31,725 nt of DNA from a virus (Duplodnaviria; Caudoviricetes): positions 1 through 31,725 of IMG/VR virus record IMGVR_UViG_3300008012_000096; one strand, given 5' to 3'. Shown here piece by piece: positions 10,926 through 19,223 of this stretch (position 1 is the first letter of the stretch; each line of letters begins with the position of its first letter). A program made the position numbers and the translations under genes. The notes beneath the pieces are model-generated. The model made no database searches, was not told the origin of the DNA, and worked only from the letters and a program-made list of their open reading frames with translations.

Positions 10926-11489
10926 ATGACAAGAATACAAGTTAATATTCCGGAGGGAGTTTCGGGCAATTTTGAAGTAGCACATTATACCGACCAAACA
11001 ACTGATAATCAATGGCAAATATACTTAGAATTGAAAGATGAAAGTCATTCTAACTACTGTGTTTTAATTAAAGATAGTTGCCCTATGCCTATTATGCAAG
11101 ACTCCGAAGGAGAATATAGAGAACACCAATGGCTATGGGATAACGCAACAGGAGACATATTAATTGGTGGTTTGGGAATAGGCATGGTAAATGAATTTTT
11201 AATCAATGCCCCCAATATTAATTCTGTAACAATTATTGAAAACTCACAAGATGTAATAGATTTAGTTTGGCCTTACTGTGCTAGAGATAATAGATTTACT
11301 TTAATCAAGGCAGACATAGAAACTTGGACACCTCCTCCTAATTCACATTGGGATGTTGCATGGTTTGATACTTGGTGTACGGATAATGTCATATCTTGGA
11401 GGGGCTATCAAACCGCTATGACTAACAGATATTCGCAATATTGCGACGCTATGGGTTTTTGGGGAAGCCTGCCTCCTCCTGCTAATTAG
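10926..11489 (+). CDS. Class I SAM-dependent methyltransferase (spermidine-synthase-like fold)
   Basis: Motif I 'DILIGGLGIG', motif II 'VTIIENSQDVIDLV', 'LIKADI', 'WDVAWFD'. Confidence 0.8.
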   Translation: MTRIQVNIPEGVSGNFEVAHYTDQTTDNQWQIYLELKDESHSNYCVLIKDSCPMPIMQDSEGEYREHQWLWDNATGDILIGGLGIGMVNEFLINAPNINSVTIIENSQDVIDLVWPYCARDNRFTLIKADIETWTPPPNSHWDVAWFDTWCTDNVISWRGYQTAMTNRYSQYCDAMGFWGSLPPPAN

Positions 11490-11498
11490 GTGATTATT

Positions 11499-11729
11499 TT
11501 GAAAATAAGAGCAGGTAAAAAATTAGCAATACTAAGCATAATGGATATAGTAGGAGACAATGAATTAACAACTAAACAAATACATGATAGATTATCTAAC
11601 GGTTCTTATAAAAAGGCAGAATTAACATTTAGGCAATTAACAAATGTTTTGAGTAGTTATTTTGATAAAGCAGGATATGATAATAAAACTAAATGTATAA
11701 TATGGAAAAAAAGAGATGACCAACAATGA
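11499..11729 (+). CDS. Small winged-helix DNA-binding protein, paralogue of 26286-26516
   Basis: 'ELTTKQIHDRL...TFRQLTNVLS..FDKAG...IW' pattern; GGTGA at 11489-11493 favours TTG 11499 (track start 11490). Confidence 0.65.
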   Translation: MKIRAGKKLAILSIMDIVGDNELTTKQIHDRLSNGSYKKAELTFRQLTNVLSSYFDKAGYDNKTKCIIWKKRDDQQ

Positions 11730-11839
11730 TAGGTTGGTTTTTATTTGGTTTTATTTTAGGCTATTTGACTATAACTATTGATTTTAAAGGCAAAGAAACA
11801 ACAGGTGTTGTTTTTCTCGAAGAACACGAAATTCCCTGA
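11726..11839 (+). CDS. 37-aa membrane micro-protein (not in ORF track)
   Basis: MIGWFLFGFILGYLTITIDFKGKETTGVVFLEEHEIP*; ATGA overlap with the wHTH gene; hydrophobic N-terminus. Confidence 0.65.
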   Translation: MIGWFLFGFILGYLTITIDFKGKETTGVVFLEEHEIP

Positions 11840-11878
11840 TTTTTGCCTAATAAAAAAAATTATAGTCGCCAAAAGACC

Positions 11879-11908
11879 AAAAAAAAACTAGAGAGGCCGA
11901 AGCCCCTC
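11879..11908 (-). terminator. Hairpin + U-tract terminator of the leftward replication block
   Basis: Minus strand GAGGGGC-TTCG-GCCTCTC-TAG-T9 at the last stop codon; further T tracts downstream; site of strand convergence. Confidence 0.8.
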
Positions 11909-12050
11909 ATATTGTTTTTTCTGACCATATGCCTTTACAGCGACGACATTCCCACAATTTTATTTGCTCATCCGAACCGACATAAAACCCTAGTAGTCTT
12001 TTTGCTATGGTTTGTTCTTTGCAGAACTTACACTTCTGTTTTAATGCCAT
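11907..12050 (-). CDS. 47-aa zinc-ribbon protein with TFS/TFIIS-C-like spacing (not in ORF track)
   Basis: MALKQKCKFCKEQTIAKRLLGFYVGSDEQIKLWECRRCKGIWSEKTI*; C-x2-C-x24-C-x2-C-x3-W; fills the gap between the previous gene and the terminator. Confidence 0.75.
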   Translation of the reverse strand: MALKQKCKFCKEQTIAKRLLGFYVGSDEQIKLWECRRCKGIWSEKTI

Positions 12051-12054
12051 TTAA

Positions 12055-12207
12055 TCACGGAACTTTTTTGTTTTCGTTCATCAAACGCTTCATATATTCT
12101 TCAACGCTTTCATCAGTGATATTAGTTCCACCGAAAGCGGCAAAGAAAAGAAGCATCAAGATAGTAACGAAAATAAACAAGCCGAACCATTCCCAACCTG
12201 TCACCAT
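12055..12207 (-). CDS. Small single-pass membrane protein
   Basis: MVTGWEWFGLFIFVTILMLLFFAAFGG...; start overlaps the exonuclease stop (track extends it to 12285). Confidence 0.65.
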   Translation of the reverse strand: MVTGWEWFGLFIFVTILMLLFFAAFGGTNITDESVEEYMKRLMNENKKVP

Positions 12208-12794
12208 TTCACCTCCAAATCTACATGCTTTGCTTTTTCTAAAGAAAACCCCTTTACTATTCCTTTGTCTTGACCATACTTCCACAGGTCATATACTAGT
12301 TGAGTATCTTTCATGCAATATTCTACTACTTCGTCATATTGTCCCATTTTCCATAACTTAGGAGCATCAGCACTATCCATTAACTTGTAATCGTTCATTG
12401 TGCATTTAACTAAATTTTTGAGTTGATATCTTTCACCATGTTCTTTAGTTAAATATTTAGAAGTATCAATATACTGTTCTTCTGCTAAGTATTTATTTAT
12501 GCAATATATATCCAATGAGTCTCTTAGAATGGGTAAATCAAAAGCCCTAATGTTGTGGCCTAGAAGTTTCACTCCTTTTGAAAAGTTATCATCTAAATCA
12601 TATTTTAATTCTCTAATTGATTTAATAATATGACCCGACTTAGCAAAACTATCTACAGGCTCATCAACATAAACTGTTCCTGTTTTACCATCCCATGTGG
12701 CAACAGTAGAGACTTGAAACATATGGGTGTTACCAAAACCGCCTATGTCATGTGACATATTTTTGGTTTCCAAGTCAATTGCTAGAACTGACAT
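12201..12794 (-). CDS. RNase H-like DEDD 3'-5' exonuclease (YprB-like)
   Basis: ExoI 'AIDLET', ExoII 'GHNIRAFDLPIL', ExoIII 'YCMKDTQLVYDL'. Confidence 0.85.
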   Translation of the reverse strand: MSVLAIDLETKNMSHDIGGFGNTHMFQVSTVATWDGKTGTVYVDEPVDSFAKSGHIIKSIRELKYDLDDNFSKGVKLLGHNIRAFDLPILRDSLDIYCINKYLAEEQYIDTSKYLTKEHGERYQLKNLVKCTMNDYKLMDSADAPKLWKMGQYDEVVEYCMKDTQLVYDLWKYGQDKGIVKGFSLEKAKHVDLEVKW

Positions 12795-12799
12795 TTATA

Positions 12800-13027
12800 T
12801 CATTCCGTTGCAGACCAAAGTTTAGAAATCTTTTCTTCTTCCTTATTGACTTTAGGTTTCTCATCTAAGTCTGTTCTTCTTTTTAGAAAACAAACTATTT
12901 GAGAACCCGCTACAATAAGTTGAGAACAACATTCCCAACCATCGTTTCCATATGTGTTTAATGTATCAATTATTACTTTCGGCCCCTTTGCTACTTCAAA
13001 TACTAAGTATGTATTTTCCCATTTCAT
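12800..13027 (-). CDS. DUF4177-like small protein
   Basis: 'MKWE...LNTYGNDGWE...FLKR' signature. Confidence 0.7.
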   Translation of the reverse strand: MKWENTYLVFEVAKGPKVIIDTLNTYGNDGWECCSQLIVAGSQIVCFLKRRTDLDEKPKVNKEEEKISKLWSATE

Positions 13028-14496
13028 TCATCATCACCTTTTATTAGTTTAATATATGTCTTGTTGTTTGACTCTTTTTGTTCTATAAATTTGTGCCTTA
13101 TTACATCGTAGTGTCTGTATATTTGCGCTCTTGATTTTTGTGCTTTATCTTTCACTTCTGTTAATAATAGTGTTTTGTTTAGGAATCCGTCGCTGTCTTT
13201 CTCTAGTTTATTATAAGCATCAATGAATAACGACTCTAGCGAATTTTCGGCTATGCTTTGTCTCTTAACCTTTAGGCTTCGTTCTAACCAGTCTACCAAT
13301 GTCATATAACATCTTCGGACAATATTGGCCGCTTGGCGAACATTATGCCCTGTAACAACGAACCGTTCATCTTTATTTTCTATGGATGGTGCGGAGGCTA
13401 TGCTACATAATACCGACATTTTGTATAGTATTTTCATTAGCCTAGTTGTGAAGTTAGAAGCAATTGCTGATACATCTGTTCTAGTATTCTGTAGAAATCT
13501 TCTCATATTTTCATATTCTAGTTTTAGAACTTGGTTGAAATCTTTGGTATATTTCATTGTCTTCAGTGGGTCGCCATTTACTTCTAGGAATCTTTCCTTA
13601 GTTATTTTGTATAACTCAAATAGCGCATTGGCGAACCTATCAACAGGCTGATTGACTTCTTCTATAGTTCCGGCCTTATCTATTTGTTCTAGCCTCATTT
13701 TATGTTGAATGAACTCCGGAACTTCCCAAACATAAAGAAGCATTCTTTGCAGAACACCCTTTTCTGCCATGACTGTATTTAGATTACTAGGAGGATAGGT
13801 CATAGCCAACACTGAACGCTCACAATAACATTTCATTATTTGATTATCATATGATGCCAGTGCTTTCTTAATTATCCATGAATCTCCCGAAAGACTATTC
13901 ATTAGAGTATTCAAATATACAATTGCCTTTTCTTGGTGTTGGCTTTGTTTGAATACACCGGAGTATTCGAATTCATCCCAATGGGCTAATCCGTTTCCTT
14001 CTAATATTCCTTTGACTCTAGTATAAGTCGGTTCATCCCCTCTTTCTTCCGGTTCATCTTTTGCGAACTTTCCGATTAGAACAGAATCAGTATAGTCTGT
14101 TAAACTAAAAGTATCAAAGATTCTTTTCATCGGTATTCCTTCATCGTTACGCAAAGAAGGATGTTCATTTGTTGCGTTAATTTTTTCAAAGGTTTGATTA
14201 GCAACCTTACCAACAAAATTCCACAATGTAGATTTTCCTGTTCCCGAAGTTTGAACCCAACAAAAATGTATTCGGGTATCTTCGTGATTTCTTCCATTTG
14301 TAATAGTAACGAAATCCTTTACGATTTGTCCTAGTATATTAAAGAAAGAAATAGCCGCAGGGACATCATTGTAATGTGATACCTTTACTGCTGACTTTTG
14401 AAACTCTTGAACTACTTTCGGTAGACTTTCGCTAAAGTGTCCAGTATTGCTTTCTAATTCATTCATATATTCTTCTTCATTTATATCATTATTCAT
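13024..14496 (-). CDS. MCM/YfjI(DUF3987)-like AAA+ replicative helicase
   Basis: Walker A 'QTSGTGKST', Walker B 'HWDEF', Arg finger 'VLQRM', sensor-2-like 'TTRLMKIL', 'VTGHNVRQA'; probable C-terminal wHTH. Confidence 0.75.
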   Translation of the reverse strand: MNNDINEEEYMNELESNTGHFSESLPKVVQEFQKSAVKVSHYNDVPAAISFFNILGQIVKDFVTITNGRNHEDTRIHFCWVQTSGTGKSTLWNFVGKVANQTFEKINATNEHPSLRNDEGIPMKRIFDTFSLTDYTDSVLIGKFAKDEPEERGDEPTYTRVKGILEGNGLAHWDEFEYSGVFKQSQHQEKAIVYLNTLMNSLSGDSWIIKKALASYDNQIMKCYCERSVLAMTYPPSNLNTVMAEKGVLQRMLLYVWEVPEFIQHKMRLEQIDKAGTIEEVNQPVDRFANALFELYKITKERFLEVNGDPLKTMKYTKDFNQVLKLEYENMRRFLQNTRTDVSAIASNFTTRLMKILYKMSVLCSIASAPSIENKDERFVVTGHNVRQAANIVRRCYMTLVDWLERSLKVKRQSIAENSLESLFIDAYNKLEKDSDGFLNKTLLLTEVKDKAQKSRAQIYRHYDVIRHKFIEQKESNNKTYIKLIKGDDE

Positions 14497-15185
14497 ATTT
14501 TCACCTTCTCTTCCGAGTTTAATGTGGTAAGAATTCTTTTGGCTAGGGTCTTACCAATACCTTCAATTGCCTGTATTTCGAATTCGGAGCATTCTCCTAT
14601 TTCCATAATAGAACCGAATTCCTTTATGAGTGCTTTTGCTTTTTTAACAGATAGCCCTTTAATGCTAGTTAGTGTGTCTATTCTCATATCATCAGTTGTG
14701 ATTCTTTTGAATATTTGAGGGGCTATTACTTCTCTAGTTATAGGTTTCATTTTACAAACTGTAGTTATAATAGATGCCGCATCTTTTTCATCTTTTACCC
14801 AAAAGGGTTTAACATCCATATCTAGAGTTATTTTACCTAATGCTCCATAGAACTTATTATTCATTAATACTGCTCTAGCCTTTGGAGTTAATTTGCTTTT
14901 AGAGTTTTCAATAATATTTGCTATTGCTAAATCTAAACAGCCGTAAATAATTACTATATTCGTTTGATAATGTCTATCCATATTATCTAACTGTGTCCAA
15001 AGTCTTTTTGACATTACGGAGTTAATGAAATCAATTACTGATTTTGCTTCGAAACAAACATCATCAAAGACATAATCTCCTATTTCTAAAAACCGCCTTT
15101 CATTAGAAATTAAAAGCGACTGTGCTTTCTTTTCAACTAAGTCGGATAAAGTAGAATTTTCTCTAGAATCAATTACTAGCATCAT
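14493..15185 (-). CDS. xpf: XPF/ERCC4-family structure-specific endonuclease with HhH2 domain
   Basis: 'VIDSRE', 'LEIGDY...FEAKS..DFINS...RL..Q'; HhH motifs 'IKGLS' and 'IEGIG'; start refined from track 15221. Confidence 0.88.
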   Translation of the reverse strand: MMLVIDSRENSTLSDLVEKKAQSLLISNERRFLEIGDYVFDDVCFEAKSVIDFINSVMSKRLWTQLDNMDRHYQTNIVIIYGCLDLAIANIIENSKSKLTPKARAVLMNNKFYGALGKITLDMDVKPFWVKDEKDAASIITTVCKMKPITREVIAPQIFKRITTDDMRIDTLTSIKGLSVKKAKALIKEFGSIMEIGECSEFEIQAIEGIGKTLAKRILTTLNSEEKVKI

Positions 15186-16209
15186 TATACCTCCAACACT
15201 TTCCAACGCAGAATCCCTCACTAATTAATTTATTACAATGAGGAGTATTGTAATTATTGTAGACAGTAAATTTAGCATGTTTCTTAGTTTCTCTTTTGTC
15301 CCAATCTAGCCAAATAGAATCCGAATCAGCAAACACTCTCTCCAATTCTTCTACAACTAAATTCAATGTCTTTTCTTTTTCTTCATTTGTTTCTAAGTTT
15401 CGATAGCCCGATATCATATCCCTATACCATGAAACAAGATATGCTCTTGTTATGTGTGTTGGATTTTCTACCATTACCGCATTGTGTAAGCAAGGAAGAA
15501 TAGGCAGATTGCCAACAGTTTTGGGAACTGAAACAGAACCCTTCATGGCCTCGATGGGTTTTGCTTTAGGAAAAATCACCTTTTTGCTTCCCTCCATTTT
15601 GAAAGGGAGGTATCGAGGGTTTATAGACAAAGTGAGTATTTCCTCTACTGTTAAATCTAAATCATCTATTCTCAACGGAATACAATATAGAGCATTACCA
15701 TTACCATCGGAAGATGACATATTAACTGTATTCGGGACTCTTCTAAGCCTAGATATCTGCCCGACCCTATCATCTAAAGTAATGTCTTTGCCAACCTTAG
15801 AAATCAAATACTCTTTTATCTCTCTAAATAAGACTTGAACTTCACGCATATTCTTAGCAGGTTCACCAAAAATGAACATATGAAATCCTCTTCCCGAAAA
15901 GAAAAGAGTGTGTTCATAATCCCTTTTAATTACTAATTCCATAACTTGCTTTACATCACGCCATGCCTTATCTAGAGTATCTTCATGAGCATCAAAATCA
16001 AGAAAGATTCTATCAATAATAACTGTGCTTTCTATTGGCATCTTTTCTGAAAAATGCTCAAAATCATAAACAGTAGTATAGACATTTGTTCTATTATTGT
16101 GGGCTTGAACGAAATTTATGTAATCATTTCTTGTTGTCATCTTTTTTCTTTTCATCTGCGGGGCGTTTTTTATTTGACTCCCCGCCCAAACCATTCTCGG
16201 ATATCTCAT
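15169..16209 (-). CDS. priS: Archaeo-eukaryotic primase: PriS catalytic domain fused to a PriL-type C-terminal Fe-S domain
   Basis: 'FLDFD', 'FSGRGFH', 'DDRV...RLRRVPNT'; C-terminal LPC...H..R...PHC...FCVGKC (4 Cys); start refined from track 16224. Confidence 0.88.
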   Translation of the reverse strand: MRYPRMVWAGSQIKNAPQMKRKKMTTRNDYINFVQAHNNRTNVYTTVYDFEHFSEKMPIESTVIIDRIFLDFDAHEDTLDKAWRDVKQVMELVIKRDYEHTLFFSGRGFHMFIFGEPAKNMREVQVLFREIKEYLISKVGKDITLDDRVGQISRLRRVPNTVNMSSSDGNGNALYCIPLRIDDLDLTVEEILTLSINPRYLPFKMEGSKKVIFPKAKPIEAMKGSVSVPKTVGNLPILPCLHNAVMVENPTHITRAYLVSWYRDMISGYRNLETNEEKEKTLNLVVEELERVFADSDSIWLDWDKRETKKHAKFTVYNNYNTPHCNKLISEGFCVGKCWRYNDASN

Positions 16210-16495
16210 TATTATTACCTCCAAAATTTACTGTTGCCGAATTAAGCATTTGCTTAACTACTTCTGCCATATCTGCCTGTATTTGTATTAAACCTATATC
16301 TCTAAACATATCTTCATATGTTCTTCCTATCATATTTTCATTTATTCTAATATCTCTAACCAATTCGAATCTTTCCTGTAGAGACAGTTCAATGTATATT
16401 TCATTTGCCAATGAACTAATAGAGTTGGCTAAATTGCTAACTTCTAGAAAAGACCATTTCTTAGATAATACTTTTTTCTTAATCAATTCTTTCAT
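16124..16495 (-). CDS. Hypothetical helical protein
   Basis: In operon; GAGG upstream of ATG 16495; charged tail overlaps the primase 5' end. Confidence 0.6.
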   Translation of the reverse strand: MKELIKKKVLSKKWSFLEVSNLANSISSLANEIYIELSLQERFELVRDIRINENMIGRTYEDMFRDIGLIQIQADMAEVVKQMLNSATVNFGGNNNEISENGLGGESNKKRPADEKKKDDNKK

Positions 16496-16499
16496 AATA

Positions 16500-16667
16500 T
16501 CAAACCTCATCTGTTGCTGACATACATAATTCATGTATTTTTTCACAATGCTCACATTTTATTGTTACATTTACTAGTGCTTCAAATTCATTACCATAGT
16601 TAGATATTGAATGAATATCAACTCCACCCCAAACAAACCATTCGCACATTTCACATTCTTTACTCAT
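16500..16667 (-). CDS. Small zinc-ribbon protein
   Basis: MSKECEMC...KCEHC, 55 aa; start refined from track 16781. Confidence 0.65.
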   Translation of the reverse strand: MSKECEMCEWFVWGGVDIHSISNYGNEFEALVNVTIKCEHCEKIHELCMSATDEV

Positions 16668-16671
16668 ATTA

Positions 16672-17586
16672 TCACACCCATGTATCTTGTAGAGCATCTT
16701 CACAAATACCGAAGTAAGAACAATTGGTGCATATATTTGCATAGAACTGTCTAGCCTTGAATTGTTTTTGTTCATAGGCACGAATTAGTTTCGCTATATT
16801 ATGCATAACTGCTGTAGTGGAACGCTTTTGGACTTTTTCTGTAAAAACAAAATCCGAAGCAGGATAATACCAACCCCAATGTGTTACTTCCATATCTTTA
16901 GATAGTCCATATTTTTCTAGTATTTCTTCTTCACAATTCTCAATCATAAGTTTATAGAAAGCCATTTCTTTCCTCATAGAAGTTTTCTTTGCAGGACTAG
17001 TAGACCAAGCCCCTGTTTTATATTCAAATGGTATTAAATTACCATCTTCTATAAACACCCTATCAATGATACCTTGAAGATGAACAACATAATCTCTTTC
17101 TAATGTAAATTTAGGATGTATGTCTTTTGGTATTGTTATTTCACAATCAAATAATTCTTCATTGATTATCGGCAAATACTCATGAACTTTTCCTTCTGTT
17201 CTTGCATCTAAGTATCTTTGCGCTTCAAAAGCCGCTACTGTTAGACTAATATCAAAATAGTCATCTACAGGCATTAGGCTAGTGCAGTAATCCAATACTT
17301 CAGTTGCATTCATGGCTTCTGCCTTTTTAATATCAAATACATCAAAGAATTCCTCTCTAGAGTTATGCAGAATAGTTCCCTTCTTCATGGCTTCTGTTTG
17401 GTCTTGTGGCCTTCTTTCAATATAATTAAATTGATACTTTTTAGCACACCAATCGAAACTACCCAAAGAAGATTTACTTATCTTCAATATTGGCTGTGAC
17501 GGGTCTTCGTAATTTTCCGGTTGCCAATCATAAGTATATTCTTTCATGCTTGCTATTCTTGCTTTATATTTTTCATCGTTATTCAT
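16672..17586 (-). CDS. Cas4/AddB-like PD-(D/E)XK exonuclease with Fe-S cysteines
   Basis: 'ISKSSL..FDWC', 'GTILH', 'GIIDRV', 'EYKTG', C-terminal 'CTNCSYFGIC'; ATGA-coupled start 17586 (track 17631). Confidence 0.88.
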   Translation of the reverse strand: MNNDEKYKARIASMKEYTYDWQPENYEDPSQPILKISKSSLGSFDWCAKKYQFNYIERRPQDQTEAMKKGTILHNSREEFFDVFDIKKAEAMNATEVLDYCTSLMPVDDYFDISLTVAAFEAQRYLDARTEGKVHEYLPIINEELFDCEITIPKDIHPKFTLERDYVVHLQGIIDRVFIEDGNLIPFEYKTGAWSTSPAKKTSMRKEMAFYKLMIENCEEEILEKYGLSKDMEVTHWGWYYPASDFVFTEKVQKRSTTAVMHNIAKLIRAYEQKQFKARQFYANICTNCSYFGICEDALQDTWV

Positions 17587-17816
17587 TTTAATTCCCCTCT
17601 CGGTTTGCTTATTCCACCGGCTAATACCCAATCGTTATAATTTTCTTTATCTCTATAATCTTTAATTTCCCATTCAAGAAAATCAATTGTCATTAATAGA
17701 TGGTCTATAAATGAAAATTCACCCAAATGGTTTTCTGTATCTTCAACTATTATATCTTCATAATGTTTCATCATTCTCTCTTTTAATTTATTTAATTCTT
17801 CTCTATTCAAAACCAT
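17583..17816 (-). CDS. Hypothetical protein
   Basis: Fills the gap between PolB-C and the nuclease with overlaps at both ends; start uncertain (track 17867). Confidence 0.55.
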   Translation of the reverse strand: MVLNREELNKLKERMMKHYEDIIVEDTENHLGEFSFIDHLLMTIDFLEWEIKDYRDKENYNDWVLAGGISKPRGELK

Positions 17817-18700
17817 TCCTCCAGTGTCTTTTGTGTTTTTCCTGTTCTTATCGCTGATAAATCCCAACCCATAGCCTTGTAAATCGGTTTTGCTTTATCT
17901 ACTATTTGTTCAGCATAGTGTTTATAATCAGGATTATAACTTTCAAAGTCTTTTAATTCAACACCTGCTACATATTCTACTTGTCTGTTTTCTTGAGTCA
18001 AAGGATGAGTAAAGGTATCTCTTACACCAGTTACTTTCATAGAAAGATAAGAGTCATCAAAATCTTTATTCTCTTTTTCCCAAGCAAACAGAACGCCCGC
18101 TATTCCGGAACCTATTGATGGTTTTTTTCCCTCTAGAGTTTGAAACCTAGTTGTCGGAGTGGAGCATTTATTACAAACAGAATATTCTAATTTAATACAA
18201 TCTTTAAGATGATATTTAGTTCCACATTCCGGACATTTGACATTAAATCTATTAGCCCGTAGTCTGCTTCTTTTTACAATATCCTTCAAATCAATATTCC
18301 CCGACAAAGCACTATCATACCTATCATGAAGGGCTTTATTGATTTGTTCTCTTGATTCAGCATTTACCCATCTTTTCAATACATCCAATTGAGTATCTTT
18401 AGCAAAGCCAGTTTCACTGACTCTTTTGGCAGTAAAGCCAGTCATTGTGAATTCCGGCTCATCTAACCATTCGCCATCTTTCCAAGTAATCATTCCTGCG
18501 TTTCTGTTTTTAGTTGTTCCCACTCCTAAAGAGGAATAGTATTTTTCAAACTCTAATACTACAGGATGTTCGTTCAATCCCATAATATTGGGGAAGTGTT
18601 TTCTTACACTATCCTGTATATCCGCACAAATCATTTGTGCTTTCGCTACAGAATCTACTTGAACATAGATTGAATCTGTGTGTCCGTAAACTACTTTCAT
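17807..18700 (-). CDS. polB: Family B DNA polymerase, C-terminal subunit (motif C, palm/thumb, Zn-finger insert, PIP box)
   Basis: Starts MKVVYGHTDSIYV; 'LEFEKYY', 'KNRNAG', 'DYKHYAEQI'; ends with PIP box QKTLEEWF. Confidence 0.92.
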   Translation of the reverse strand: MKVVYGHTDSIYVQVDSVAKAQMICADIQDSVRKHFPNIMGLNEHPVVLEFEKYYSSLGVGTTKNRNAGMITWKDGEWLDEPEFTMTGFTAKRVSETGFAKDTQLDVLKRWVNAESREQINKALHDRYDSALSGNIDLKDIVKRSRLRANRFNVKCPECGTKYHLKDCIKLEYSVCNKCSTPTTRFQTLEGKKPSIGSGIAGVLFAWEKENKDFDDSYLSMKVTGVRDTFTHPLTQENRQVEYVAGVELKDFESYNPDYKHYAEQIVDKAKPIYKAMGWDLSAIRTGKTQKTLEEWF

Positions 18701-18704
18701 ACTA

Positions 18705-18965
18705 TCACTTCTTAGAGTAAGTTAGTATAGGGAAATAGTGCGCTTCAAAACCATTATGTTTCTTATTTAGATAATCTTCAATTTCTAAAACTGCCTTCTT
18801 AACTCGCATGGCTTGTTCTAGTTCTTGGCTAACATCATCTAAGTCGCTTTCCAATACTCTAATTTTCTTTTCTAGTCTTTCAGTTTCCTTTAAGGAAAAA
18901 TTTGTTAATCTTTCCATTTTCTTTTCCAATTCTTCTATTTTCTTTTTCATTTCTTCGTTATTCAT
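18705..18965 (-). CDS. Coiled-coil hypothetical protein within the polB split
   Basis: 86 aa with heptad pattern; GGTGA SD; ATGA overlap. Confidence 0.7.
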   Translation of the reverse strand: MNNEEMKKKIEELEKKMERLTNFSLKETERLEKKIRVLESDLDDVSQELEQAMRVKKAVLEIEDYLNKKHNGFEAHYFPILTYSKK

Positions 18966-19093
18966 ACTATCACCGTTACTATAGTTATGATGGTTGCTAT
19001 GTTTACGATATTTACCATCATCAATATCTTGTTACTTCTTGCTATCATAGCGAGCAATTCTTCTAATAATTGATTAGTTCTGTCCATCATCAT
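18962..19093 (-). CDS. 43-aa tail-anchored membrane micro-protein (not in track)
   Basis: MMMDRTNQLLEELLAMIARSNKILMMVNIVNIATIITIVTVIV*; GAGGT SD; coupled to the next gene. Confidence 0.65.
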   Translation of the reverse strand: MMMDRTNQLLEELLAMIARSNKILMMVNIVNIATIITIVTVIV

Positions 19094-19223
19094 AATGATA
19101 CCTCGCTTTAAGTGAATTAATTTCTTTTTTCAAATCATTGATTTCTATACTTAGTTCGCCTACCCATTTCCATAGCCTTTTAATTTGGGCTTCATGGCTT
19201 AAACTATCTGCTACATTACTCAT
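19074..19223 (-). CDS. 49-aa coiled-coil micro-protein (not in track)
   Basis: MSNVADSLSHEAQIKRLWKWVGELSIEINDLKKEINSLKARYHYDDGQN*; GGAG upstream; overlaps both neighbours. Confidence 0.6.
   Translation of the reverse strand: MSNVADSLSHEAQIKRLWKWVGELSIEINDLKKEINSLKARYHYDDGQN

Noticed and set aside
271-11018. Minus-strand and nested ORFs within the structural genes (e.g. 9054-9605, 5818-6234, 5960-6172)
   Set aside because: Shadow frames of long, well-supported plus-strand genes
11843-12361. 172-aa plus-strand ORF in the track
   Set aside because: Antisense to three coherent minus-strand genes and spans the terminator; no SD or recognisable motifs
16672-17586. CRISPR-Cas locus suggested by the Cas4-like gene
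   Set aside because: No repeat-spacer array or other cas genes seen; solo Cas4-like nucleases are common in archaeal virus replication modules
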